Below are positions 1 through 7,213 of a DNA stretch of 24,000 bases, one piece after another. The stretch covers positions 131,944 to 155,943 of the forward strand of contig NZ_UHIA01000003.1 of NCBI RefSeq assembly GCF_900460215.1, read 5' to 3'. This stretch comes from Suttonella indologenes (GTDB lineage Bacteria; Pseudomonadota; Gammaproteobacteria; Cardiobacteriales; Cardiobacteriaceae). The translations under genes were made by a program, and so were the position numbers. The notes under the pieces were generated by a model, which was not told where the DNA came from, searched no databases, and saw nothing but the letters and a program-made list of their open reading frames with translations. Positions within the stretch are counted from its first letter, which is position 1; the number at the start of each line of letters is the position of its first letter.

Positions 1-390
1 AGCGCGTGCCAAACGCAAAGCGCTCATGGTCGCCTCGGTGCCGGAATTGCACATCCGCACCATATCGATACCCGATACGCGCGCCACCACCATCTCCGCC
101 AATTGCGATTCCGCCTCTGTGGGCGCGCCGAAGCTCATACCCAAAGCCGCCGCTTCCTGCACCGCTTTTACCACCTCGGGATGCGCATGTCCGTTAATCA
201 TCGGGCCGTAGGAGCCGACATAATCGATATAGCGCGTCTCATCAATATCTTGAATAAAAGCCCCTTCGGCGCGGCGGATAAACAAGGGATCGCCGCCCAC
301 ACTAGCGAAAGCCCGCACCGGCGAATTCACCCCGCCGGGAATCACTTTTTTAGCACGTTCAAAAGCCTGATACGAAGCTGGGTATGACAT
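1..390 (-). CDS. hemL: glutamate-1-semialdehyde 2,1-aminomutase, N-terminal 130 codons; gene continues beyond window start
   Basis: Own minus-strand translation from the ATG (complement of 388-390) gives [28 protein letters not shown]...[21 protein letters not shown], open to position 1. [12 protein letters not shown] and NSGTEATM are HemL/class-III aminotransferase N-terminal signatures. It is absent from the ORF track because it has no stop inside the window. Confidence 0.9.
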   Translation of the reverse strand, partial: MSYPASYQAFERAKKVIPGGVNSPVRAFASVGGDPLFIRRAEGAFIQDIDETRYIDYVGSYGPMINGHAHPEVVKAVQEAAALGMSFGAPTEAESQLAEMVVARVSGIDMVRMCNSGTEATMSALRLARA

Positions 391-408
391 ATAATCCTCT
401 CATTTACG

Positions 409-546
409 ATGTTTCAACACGCAGGACGACGCAATAAAGCGCCGCTCTATATTTTGTCCCGAATCAAGAGAGAGCAATCGCTCTCCATTTCATTATCCTC
501 GCTGAAGAAAAGCGTTTCAAGCAATCAAACAACAAAGAATTTTTGA
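409..546. repeat. copy A of a ~130-140 bp intergenic repeat (starts ATGTTTCAACAC, ends AATTTTTGAT)
   Basis: Aligns end to end with 1162-1291 in the same orientation. Shared blocks are ATGTTTCAACAC, ATAAAGCG.CGCTCT, CTCTCC, ATTATCCTC, GTTTCAA and TTTTGAT. An internal hairpin GAGAGC(470-475)/GCTCTC(480-485) sits at the position where copy B also has one. Confidence 0.6.
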
Positions 547-697
547 TAAATTTTTGGCATTATCTGTGGATGTGGCGGCAATTACAAGCCGATACTGGCA
601 AAATAAATAGATAGAATTTAAGTGGAGCAGGCGCCGCCTTCTTCTAAACGCCGCAAAATCGCAAAATACCGTTATTTGAGATAGTCAGGCAATAACA

Positions 698-726
698 TTG
701 ACTTTTCTACCTGATTCAGGCATTAT
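698..726 (+). promoter_or_regulatory. candidate sigma70 promoter of rpsT
   Basis: TTGACT (698-703), 17-nt spacer, CATTAT (721-726), about 47 nt upstream of the rpsT ATG. This is a motif match only. Confidence 0.4.
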
Positions 727-773
727 CTGCCGCCTTAAATTTCAAGCAAAAGCTAATTTTATTAGGAGCATTC

Positions 774-1040
774 ATGGCAAATTCAGCACAAGCCAAAAAA
801 CGAGTCCGCCAAGCGGAAAAAGCCCGCGCACGCAACGCAAGCCAACGTTCTGCAATGCGTACTTCTGTGAAAAAAGTTCTCAAAGCAATTGAAGCCAAAG
901 ATTTGGACGCTGCACGCAGCAACTACCAATACGCCGTCAGCCTGCTTGACCGCGCTGCGAGCAAAGGACTCATTCATAAAAACAAAGCCGCGCGCCTTAA
1001 AAGCCGCGTGAATGCCAAAATCAAAGCGATTGCCGCTTAA
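774..1040 (+). CDS. rpsT: 30S ribosomal protein S20
   Basis: The 88-aa basic protein [35 protein letters not shown]... is the canonical S20 N-terminus. An AGGAG lies 5 nt upstream of the ATG and a terminator follows. Confidence 0.95.
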   Translation: MANSAQAKKRVRQAEKARARNASQRSAMRTSVKKVLKAIEAKDLDAARSNYQYAVSLLDRAASKGLIHKNKAARLKSRVNAKIKAIAA

Positions 1041-1062
1041 GATTTTCGCCTGCTTTGCTTGT

Positions 1063-1089
1063 AAACCCGCTTTTTAGCGGGTTTTTTAT
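1063..1089 (+). terminator. rho-independent terminator of rpsT
   Basis: Stem AACCCGCT (1064-1071) / AGCGGGTT (1076-1083) with a TTTT loop, followed by a T-run, 24 nt after the rpsT stop. Confidence 0.8.
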
Positions 1090-1161
1090 TGCCTCAAATA
1101 TTGAAAATGTAATCAAAAAACATGATTATCAAATAGATAGCTAGTCATTCAAGAATCCGAC

Positions 1162-1291
1162 ATGTTTCAACACACAGAGCGACACATAAAGCGTCGCTCT
1201 ACGTGTTGCCCTGAATTGGAAGAGGTTACACCTCTCCCACAAGATTATCCTCCCTAAAGGAAGGGGTTTCAACCAGTAAGGAAATTTTGAT
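1162..1291. repeat. copy B of the ~130-140 bp intergenic repeat
   Basis: Collinear with 409-546. It contains a perfect 8-bp hairpin AGAGCGAC/GTCGCTCT (about 1175-1199) and a second hairpin AGAGGT(1221-1226)/ACCTCT(1230-1235). Confidence 0.6.
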
Positions 1292-1413
1292 GAAAAAATC
1301 TACCAAAGACAAAAACCGCAAAAATCTCTGCGAAAAAATCTTTCTTTTATCTGCCGCTTAATGAATATCTATTGCCAAGTTAATAAAATCTCCTTGCCAA
1401 TCGATACATTTAG

Positions 1414-1460
1414 GCACAATATATTGTGCATGACAAAACAAAATACACCATATATTGTGA
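1414..1460 (+). promoter_or_regulatory. tandem NrdR boxes (operator of nrdGD)
   Basis: Box 1 is GCACAATATATTGTGC (1414-1429), a perfect 16-bp palindrome. Box 2 is ACACCATATATTGTGA (1445-1460). Both fit the remembered NrdR consensus acaCwAtATaTwGtgt. Their starts are 31 bp apart, which is the typical tandem spacing. Confidence 0.7.
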
Positions 1461-1963
1461 AAAATTCCTTATTTTTCTGTTCCGAAGACATTGTCTGGCA
1501 GGAAGTGCCGCAGGAAGCCTCTTTAGCTTTTTTGATTGCCGGCTGTCCGCTGCGCTGCCATGGTTGCCATAGTGCGGATTCTTGGCATCCGCAGCAGGCG
1601 CAGGCATTAAGCGCCGATTATTTGCGACAGCGCCTGCACATCTATCGCGGACTCATTACCTGTCTGCTATTTATGGGCGGCGAATGGCAGCCGCAAGCCT
1701 TGCAGGAATTGCTGCGCATCGCGCGGGCGCAGGGTTTGAAAACCTGCCTTTACACAGGAGCGGAACTTGAGGATTTGCAGCAATTGACGCCGCCTTTGCT
1801 GCCCTATTTGGATTATGTGAAAACAGGGCCTTGGAAAGCGGATTTGGGCGGATTGGACAACCCTTGCAGCAATCAGCGTTTTATCGAAGTCAGCAGCGGC
1901 AAGGTATTGAACCATCTGTTTCTCGCCCGCAATGCTAATACCAATACCGTATCGGTTTATTAA
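1430..1963 (+). CDS. nrdG: anaerobic ribonucleoside-triphosphate reductase activating protein (radical SAM)
   Basis: The ORF contains the CPLRCHGCHS radical-SAM cluster motif near its N-terminus, preceded by DIVWQEVPQE. It lies immediately upstream of nrdD. The start is set at the first ATG after NrdR box 1 and is uncertain, because box 2 lies inside this reading frame. The track's 1361 start is rejected. Confidence 0.8.
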   Translation: MTKQNTPYIVKNSLFFCSEDIVWQEVPQEASLAFLIAGCPLRCHGCHSADSWHPQQAQALSADYLRQRLHIYRGLITCLLFMGGEWQPQALQELLRIARAQGLKTCLYTGAELEDLQQLTPPLLPYLDYVKTGPWKADLGGLDNPCSNQRFIEVSSGKVLNHLFLARNANTNTVSVY

Positions 1964-1975
1964 ACAGGAGGAAAA

Positions 1976-3766
1976 ATGATTCGTTTGGATAATGCGCAAA
2001 TCGCAGGCAAATTGGATTTTATGCGCCGCTACATCGCGGCAAACAATGCCGCCGACGGCTCGACGATGGATGCCAATGCCAATGTCACGCAGAAAAACAT
2101 CGCCACGATGGAAGCCGAGCTGATGAAAGATTTCTTTGTGCAAATCAACCGCGCACAAGTATCGGGCAAAATCGCGCAATTATTCGGGCAGGACTGCGCC
2201 GATGAATATTTGCGCCAAATCGAAGCACATGAAATTTATGTGCATGATGAAACCAGCCTCAAGCCTTATTGCGTATCGGTAACGCTCTATCCGTTTTTAT
2301 TGGACGGCTTGCGCACATTGGGCGGCGAATCCGATGCACCCAAACATCTGGCTTCTTTTTGCGGTTCTTTTGTGAACTTAGTATTTGCCATCAGCGCACA
2401 ATTTGCCGGCGCGGTGGCGACAGTGGAATTTCTCAGCTATTTTGATTATTTCGCCCGCAAAGATTACGGCGATGATTATTTACGCAGCCACCGCGCGGAA
2501 ATCGCCAATCACTTACAGCAAGTCGTCTATAGCATCAACCAACCGGCGGCGGCGCGCGGCTATCAAAGCGTATTCTGGAATATCTCGGTATATGACCGCC
2601 ATTATTTTGAAGCGATGTTCGGCAACTTCGTCTTTCCGGATTTGTCGCGCCCCGACTGGCAAAGCGTCTCCGCCTTGCAGGAATTTTTCCTGACATGGTT
2701 TAACCAAGAACGCCGCCGCGCCTTATTAACCTTCCCTGTCGTTACCGCCGCTATGCTTACCGCCGAAGGCAGCTGCAAAGACATGCCTTTTGCGCAAATG
2801 CTGGCGCAGCAACTGGCAGAAGGCAACTCCTTTTTCATGTACCTATCGGATAATCCCGACTCATTGGCGTCCTGCTGCCGCCTGCGCAATGCCGTTGAAG
2901 ACCGCAGCTTTTCCTACACCTTGGGTGCGGGCGGCGTCGCGACAGGCTCAATCAACGTCATCAGCATCAATATGAACCGTCTTGAACAAGACGGACGCGA
3001 TTTGGCGCAAGAAGTCGCCAAAATTCATCAATATCAATACGCCTACCGCAAACTGATGGAAGACTACCAAGCGGCAGGCATGCTGCCGGTCTATGATGCA
3101 GGTTTCATCACGCTCGACAAACAATTCTTAACCATCGGCATCAACGGCATGGTCGAAGCGGCGGAATCTCAAGGCATTCGCCCCGGCTATCATGCGCAAT
3201 ACGTAGAATTTGTACAAAGCCGCCTCAAAACCATCTTTGAAGCCAATCAAGCCGCTTCCAAACATTACGGCGTTAAATTCAACACCGAATTCGTGCCGGC
3301 GGAAAATCTCGGCGTAAAAAACGCCAAATGGGATAAAGCCGACGGCTACGCCGTCAAACGCGACTGCTACAACTCCTATTTTTACGCCGTGGAAGACGAC
3401 AGCATCAATGCCCTAGACAAATTCCTCCTGCACGGCAAAGAATTGATTGACTGGCTTGACGGCGGCTCTGCTCTGCATTTGAATCTTGATGAAGCACTAC
3501 CGGCAAGCGGCTATCTGTCTTTGCTCAATATCGCCGCCAAAACAGGCTGCAACTATTTCTGCGTCAACGTGCGCATTACCATCTGCAATGACTGCGAACA
3601 CATCGACAAACGCACCTTATGCGCCTGCCCTGCCTGCGGCTCGGACAATATCGACTACGGCACGCGCGTCATCGGCTACCTCAAACGCGTTTCCGCTTTT
3701 TCCGGCGGACGGCGTAAAGAACACGCCCTGCGCCATTACCACCGCGAAGCCGCACATGCGGAATAG
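1976..3766 (+). CDS. nrdD: anaerobic ribonucleoside-triphosphate reductase (class III, short form)
   Basis: 596 aa with a C-terminal Zn-ribbon CNDCEH...CACPACGS followed by the glycyl-radical loop TRVIGYLKRV. CAGGAGG lies 5 nt upstream of the ATG. It is paired with nrdG. Confidence 0.95.
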   Translation: MIRLDNAQIAGKLDFMRRYIAANNAADGSTMDANANVTQKNIATMEAELMKDFFVQINRAQVSGKIAQLFGQDCADEYLRQIEAHEIYVHDETSLKPYCVSVTLYPFLLDGLRTLGGESDAPKHLASFCGSFVNLVFAISAQFAGAVATVEFLSYFDYFARKDYGDDYLRSHRAEIANHLQQVVYSINQPAAARGYQSVFWNISVYDRHYFEAMFGNFVFPDLSRPDWQSVSALQEFFLTWFNQERRRALLTFPVVTAAMLTAEGSCKDMPFAQMLAQQLAEGNSFFMYLSDNPDSLASCCRLRNAVEDRSFSYTLGAGGVATGSINVISINMNRLEQDGRDLAQEVAKIHQYQYAYRKLMEDYQAAGMLPVYDAGFITLDKQFLTIGINGMVEAAESQGIRPGYHAQYVEFVQSRLKTIFEANQAASKHYGVKFNTEFVPAENLGVKNAKWDKADGYAVKRDCYNSYFYAVEDDSINALDKFLLHGKELIDWLDGGSALHLNLDEALPASGYLSLLNIAAKTGCNYFCVNVRITICNDCEHIDKRTLCACPACGSDNIDYGTRVIGYLKRVSAFSGGRRKEHALRHYHREAAHAE

Positions 3767-3806
3767 ATAGACTTTATCAAAGGTAACTAAAATTAAAGGA
3801 GGTGAT

Positions 3807-3816
3807 GGGGGGGGGG
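3807..3816 (+). repeat. homopolymeric G10 tract directly fused to an RBS-ATG
   Basis: AAAGGAGGTGATGGGGGGGGGG, where the first G of the run is the G of the ATG at 3805-3807. Confidence 0.9.
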
Positions 3817-3919
3817 TTGCGTCAAAAATTATAGACACCAAGTTATTACAGGGATAAAAATGGGCTGTTTGAATACATTAAATAACCTAATAGCGCTCTA
3901 TTAACCATAGATTATTTAG

Positions 3920-4117
3920 AATCACGGACAAAACGAATTTGCACATGACAGCAGACACATCAACGGTATAGAAAGTTTTTGGAGTTTTACCAAAAGAAGG
4001 CTTGCAAAATTTAACGGTGTAAGCAAAAATTTCGAATAGCATTTGAAGGAATGCGAATGGCGCTGGAAGCAGAGTATTGATGATTTAGAAAAACATTTAT
4101 GGTCGCTTCTGCAATAA
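3920..4117 (+). pseudogene. IS1595-family transposase, C-terminal remnant with internal stop
   Basis: Own translation gives NHGQNEFAHDSRHINGIESFWSFTKRRLAKFNGVSKNFE*HLKECEWRWKQSIDDLEKHLWSLLQ*. The HINGIE(S/N)FW...KFNG...LKECEWR block is the conserved IS1595/ISXO2-like transposase tail. There is no N-terminal part and an in-frame TAG is present. Degenerate homology may extend upstream to about 3830. Confidence 0.65.
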
Positions 4118-4164
4118 ATTATACCAATCACCCTGCTAGTCTAGAGCCTCACTGATTACCGTCT

Positions 4165-4401
4165 TCACTTGATACGGCAACCAGGGCTTAAAAACTGACT
4201 CTTATACTCTTTAATCTTACTGGTACCCAACACATCGCCTACCGTCGCATTCGGATGGTTTTGTTGCAAGTAAGCCTCTACCTGTTTTTGGTAATCCTGT
4301 ATCGCCGTATTGACCGCATCTTGATTCAAGTTTTTCACCAAACCTGTCGTCTCATCCACCGTTACCCTTGTTTTAGCTTTATTTTTCGGCTTTAATGTCA
4401 A
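4165..4401 (-). CDS. hypothetical ORF, probably a gene fragment (no ATG; the track start is TTG)
   Basis: A 78-codon ORF with no internal Met. It is in the same frame as the upstream 218-aa ORF, separated only by TGA plus one codon. It looks less AT-rich than its neighbour. No family was recognised. Confidence 0.3.
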   Translation of the reverse strand: MTLKPKNKAKTRVTVDETTGLVKNLNQDAVNTAIQDYQKQVEAYLQQNHPNATVGDVLGTSKIKEYKSQFLSPGCRIK

Positions 4402-4404
4402 AGA

Positions 4405-5061
4405 TCAATCCATATTGTCACTGTCAAATAGATTTATATCACTAAATAATACCTTCAAGTAAGGTAGCCAATATTCGTAAAAAAAGGTTTTTTGAGTTTT
4501 ATCTGGTTTGTCAAAAATGATCTGTTTTTCTTCAAATCTATGGCATAAAAAGAAAGCTATTAAACTTTTTTGTTTATCATCTAATTTGGTAAAATCATTA
4601 TAATATTCATTTTTAGGATATTCTAAACCCTTTATAAATGGTGGTAAAAGGTGATTTTCCCATGCAAAAAATGATAAATCATTTAGGTTAGTCTTGGTTG
4701 GAAACTTTTGCGTTATTGTCTGAATAATAAATTTTGGGATATAAAAATTTCTCTTCGTTGGAGTTGTAAAACTTAAACCCTCATGACTTAAATCGGGAAG
4801 ATACCAATCTGGTATATCCGTCCATATTTTAAAAGGCTCAATAAATAGTCCTTGTTTTATATTATTTTCAATATAATCGATATGCTGATTTAGTGAGTTA
4901 CTCCCTTTTATGTAGCTATAGAGAGCTGACCTATCATTCCATAGTTCTTGTTTATCTAAATCTCTAAAGATAGCTATAACTAAGGATTCATTTTCCTCAT
5001 TTGAGATATCTTTGAAATTTTCATTTATTAATTTAATAAAACGATTTAATTCTATACACAT
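4405..5061 (-). CDS. hypothetical protein, very AT-rich, no recognised family
   Basis: A 218-aa uninterrupted ORF in a very AT-rich stretch, which is unlikely by chance. It has an ATG start with a weak AAGAG upstream. No signal peptide, TM segment or motif was recognised. Confidence 0.55.
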   Translation of the reverse strand: MCIELNRFIKLINENFKDISNEENESLVIAIFRDLDKQELWNDRSALYSYIKGSNSLNQHIDYIENNIKQGLFIEPFKIWTDIPDWYLPDLSHEGLSFTTPTKRNFYIPKFIIQTITQKFPTKTNLNDLSFFAWENHLLPPFIKGLEYPKNEYYNDFTKLDDKQKSLIAFFLCHRFEEKQIIFDKPDKTQKTFFYEYWLPYLKVLFSDINLFDSDNMD

Positions 5062-5173
5062 ATATAATCTCTTAACAAAATTTCAAAATATATTAGGTTC
5101 TGTTGAACATTCATATCTTAAGCCATTGATAAGCAAAGGCTAGAGCCACATTATTTTCAAAGTTTCTTTTTAG

Positions 5174-6175
5174 CTTAACCTGAGTTCGGGATAAGCCACC
5201 TTTATTTAGCAGCCGCCAAAGCATTCTTCCCAAGCATCTGCGGCTTATACGCAAACAAGCAATATGCCGTTAATCCAGAAATCAGATTCAACAAAAATCC
5301 CTTCTCTGAACGATGGCGAGTATGTTCAATTTGGCATAGATTCTTTAACTGATCAAAAATTGTTTCAACAACACATCTTTGTTTTAACAACCTTTTTTGT
5401 TCAGGACTTTGGGGCGGGGATTTCATATTCTTTTTCTTGCCTGTCAGTAAAGTGATGTTGTATCTCTTTTCTAAGCAATCGCTTAACTCTTTGCTGATAT
5501 AGCCTCTATCCCCAACCAACAATCCAAACAGTTTGTTTGCCATTTGTCGTAAGCCTTTACGGTCATCAACATTGCCTGGCGTTAGGCAGAAATTGACTAG
5601 CTCTCCTACATGATTAAACACTGCATGAAGTTTGAATCCATAGAACCAACCCATGCTGTTTTTGCCACGTTGAGCAATGTTTTTAAACACTTTATGCCTA
5701 TGAATTCGACGATTGTGACAAACAGATAAGATGGTGGAATCCACGATACTGATGCCTGTACATTTCCCCATTTGAGTACTGAGAAAAACCAACATAGCAG
5801 GTAATGCACGTTGTGCTAATTCGATAAATCGATTGTAGCTTGGCATGGTGGGGAATGCTGTTTTCCAAATGGTTTTAATTTGCCATAGATAGTAGCTTTT
5901 GAAATCACGTATGCGGATATGGTGGAAATAGATCCATACGGTAATGATTTCGCAAGTGCTGATAGAGGCTTTTCGGTTTCTGCTGTTGGGTTTGCTGATG
6001 AGTGTGCGGTTAAAGTCTGCTTCAAATGTTTTACAAAAATCATCTACTTGGCAGAAAAGTGTTGTAAGATGTTCCATGTTAAAGGGCTTTTGTGATGGTT
6101 TGTTTTGTCAAAACAGTAGATTATCACAATTGCTCTTTATTTTTTAGTGGGGTGCTTATCCCGAACTCAGGTTAA
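5174..6175 (-). mobile_element. IS982-family insertion sequence, apparently intact
   Basis: Terminal inverted repeats are TTAACCTGAGTTCGGGATAAGC (5175-5196) and its complement GCTTATCCCGAACTCAGGTTAA (6154-6175). They enclose a single transposase ORF. A possible 5-bp target duplication TTTAG lies at 5169-5173 and 6176-6180. Confidence 0.85.
5202..6077 (-). CDS. IS982-family DDE transposase
   Basis: 291 aa beginning MEHLTTLFCQVDDFCKTF..., with DRGYISKEL and VVETIFDQLKN..IEHTRHRS. These blocks are typical of IS982-family transposases as I remember them. Confidence 0.9.
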   Translation of the reverse strand: MEHLTTLFCQVDDFCKTFEADFNRTLISKPNSRNRKASISTCEIITVWIYFHHIRIRDFKSYYLWQIKTIWKTAFPTMPSYNRFIELAQRALPAMLVFLSTQMGKCTGISIVDSTILSVCHNRRIHRHKVFKNIAQRGKNSMGWFYGFKLHAVFNHVGELVNFCLTPGNVDDRKGLRQMANKLFGLLVGDRGYISKELSDCLEKRYNITLLTGKKKNMKSPPQSPEQKRLLKQRCVVETIFDQLKNLCQIEHTRHRSEKGFLLNLISGLTAYCLFAYKPQMLGKNALAAAK

Positions 6176-6292
6176 TTTAGAGGACGTTCAGAAATCTGTC
6201 TCAGTAACATATATTTATTAATCGCTTACGATTGCTATCTAGCACTCATCCAAGTATAATTAATTTCTTACATATATTGTTTTTAAAAACCA

Positions 6293-6651
6293 ATGAAAAG
6301 ACTCTTATCATCAATTATATTCATATTTATGTTTGCATCGCATGCTCAAACATCAAATGAAGAAAAACTCTCATATTATGGTTTCGATGGTGAAGTACAT
6401 AATTACATTAATAAGATTGAAAAAACTGGTAAACGCTCACCTCGAACTGATTGTGTAAATTGCGGAGCTAAAAGCGGCAGTATTGGTGGGATTTATGCCC
6501 TGATTGCTATTTTAAGGAATTTGGAGTACGTCCTGACGGTTCCAATCCTGCTAGCAGAGGAGGTGGTGGAGGATTTATTCCCGGTGGCGGTGGTTGTAAT
6601 GGTTCATGCCATATAGGTGGTGGTTATAGAAGCGGAAGAGGTCGAAAATGA
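6293..6651 (+). pseudogene. secreted Cys/Gly-rich small protein, apparently frameshifted near the A4 run at 6470-6473
   Basis: Frame 1 gives a signal peptide, MKRLLSSIIFIFMFASHAQT..., through ...TDCVNCGAK. The frame offset by +2 is open from 6472 and reads KRQYWWDLCPDCYFKEFGVRPDGSNPASRGGGGGFIPGGGGCNGSCHIGGGYRSGRGRK*. Its TGA (6649-6651) overlaps the ATG (6648-6650) of the next ORF. That frame uses GGT/GGA codons, which fits the local AT bias. The track's frame-1 tail uses GTG/GAG/CCG/GCG. Confidence 0.45.
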
Positions 6652-7004
6652 CAGACCCTAGATTATCCCCCCACAACTTAGCTGAATTAGACCTGATGCT
6701 TGCTGGGAAAAAGAATGTAAGCTATTTCTTCATGGAAATACCCCCAGAATTTCTAATCGGATACAAATATAATAGAGAAATAGAATTTTATGATTTTGCA
6801 GAAGACCCCTGTGTTTATATTTTTTATTTAGTAGGACACAGAAAGAGCGCTATAAGACTAGAACAGCTCATAAAAGAAACTCGTAAAACCAAAGAATTAA
6901 ATGAAGCAGTCGAAAGAGAAATAGGAGAAATCTTAGGATACTCAAAAGAAGAAATTGACTTCTACATTGAAACACAGAAAAAGAGATATAAAGCCCGCAG
7001 CTAA
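6648..7004 (+). CDS. hypothetical protein (118 aa), coupled to the upstream small secreted-protein gene
   Basis: An ATGA overlap with the alternative-frame stop of the upstream gene, and GGAAGAGG upstream of the ATG. The product is charged and cytoplasmic-looking. No family was recognised. Confidence 0.55.
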   Translation: MTDPRLSPHNLAELDLMLAGKKNVSYFFMEIPPEFLIGYKYNREIEFYDFAEDPCVYIFYLVGHRKSAIRLEQLIKETRKTKELNEAVEREIGEILGYSKEEIDFYIETQKKRYKARS

Positions 7005-7037
7005 TTTTCCCTATAACGAGGGCATTAAGAGCGGATA

Positions 7038-7076
7038 AAGCAATCTGAATGGTATTATCCTATTTAGCCTTTAAAA
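7038..7076. repeat. 39-bp direct repeat, copy 1 (pseudo 3' end of tnaB)
   Basis: AAGCAATCTGAATGGTATTATCCTATTTAGCCTTTAAAA matches 7244-7282 at 36 of 39 positions by my count. Confidence 0.8.
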
Positions 7077-7127
7077 TTTTTCGCCAGTTTGGATTCTTAA
7101 ATCCGACAAATTGATACTTCAAGCAAT

Positions 7128-7151
7128 GTCGGATACAAGTATCCGACCTAC
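7128..7151 (-). repeat. REP-like hairpin (minus strand: GTAG-GTCGGATAC-tt-GTATCCGAC)
   Basis: A perfect 9-bp inverted repeat GTCGGATAC/GTATCCGAC flanked by CTAC (GTAG on the minus strand). A related ATCCGAC motif recurs at 7101-7107 and 1154-1160. Only the general REP style was recognised. Confidence 0.3.
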
Positions 7152-7213
7152 CCGATTGAAAAGTGATTAATTTTGTCATGAATTTACTATGAATATCCTA
7201 CCTGATAACTCAT

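Noticed and set aside
556-729. The 11-mer GGCATTATCTG occurs at 556-566 and again at 719-729.
   Set aside because: It is short and overlaps a -10-like CATTAT. This could be chance or a duplicated promoter fragment, and there is not enough to call.
1101-1116. An FNR-like TTGAA..ATCAA upstream of nrdGD, and TTGAT at about 1286.
   Set aside because: The spacing is 6 nt and not 4, and the second site has no partner half-site. This is not supportable as an FNR box.
1361-1429. A 23-codon N-terminal extension of nrdG from the track.
   Set aside because: It runs through NrdR box 1 and the likely promoter region and adds residues not expected in NrdG. The start remains uncertain; see the NrdR finding.
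1667-2179. A 170-aa antisense ORF over nrdG/nrdD, and similar long ORFs within other strong CDSs in an alternative frame or antisense. These are 8648-9067 (same strand as tnaA), 13916-14335, 20804-21502, 21779-22216, 22413-22805 and 23028-23393 (same strand as jetA).
   Set aside because: Each lies wholly inside a confidently assigned gene, on the opposite strand or in another frame. Their products are low-complexity and Arg/Cys/His-rich, and they have no RBS. They are shadow ORFs.
3617-3841. A 74-aa minus-strand ORF spanning the nrdD 3' end and the C10/G10 tract.
   Set aside because: It is mostly antisense to nrdD with no RBS. It is open only because of local composition.
4138-5155. A shared CTAGAGCC.CA motif at about 4141 and about 5145, which might be IS ends bracketing the 78-aa and 218-aa ORFs.
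   Set aside because: The match is only 8-9 bp, which is expected by chance in 24 kb, and there is no extended inverted or direct repeat around it.
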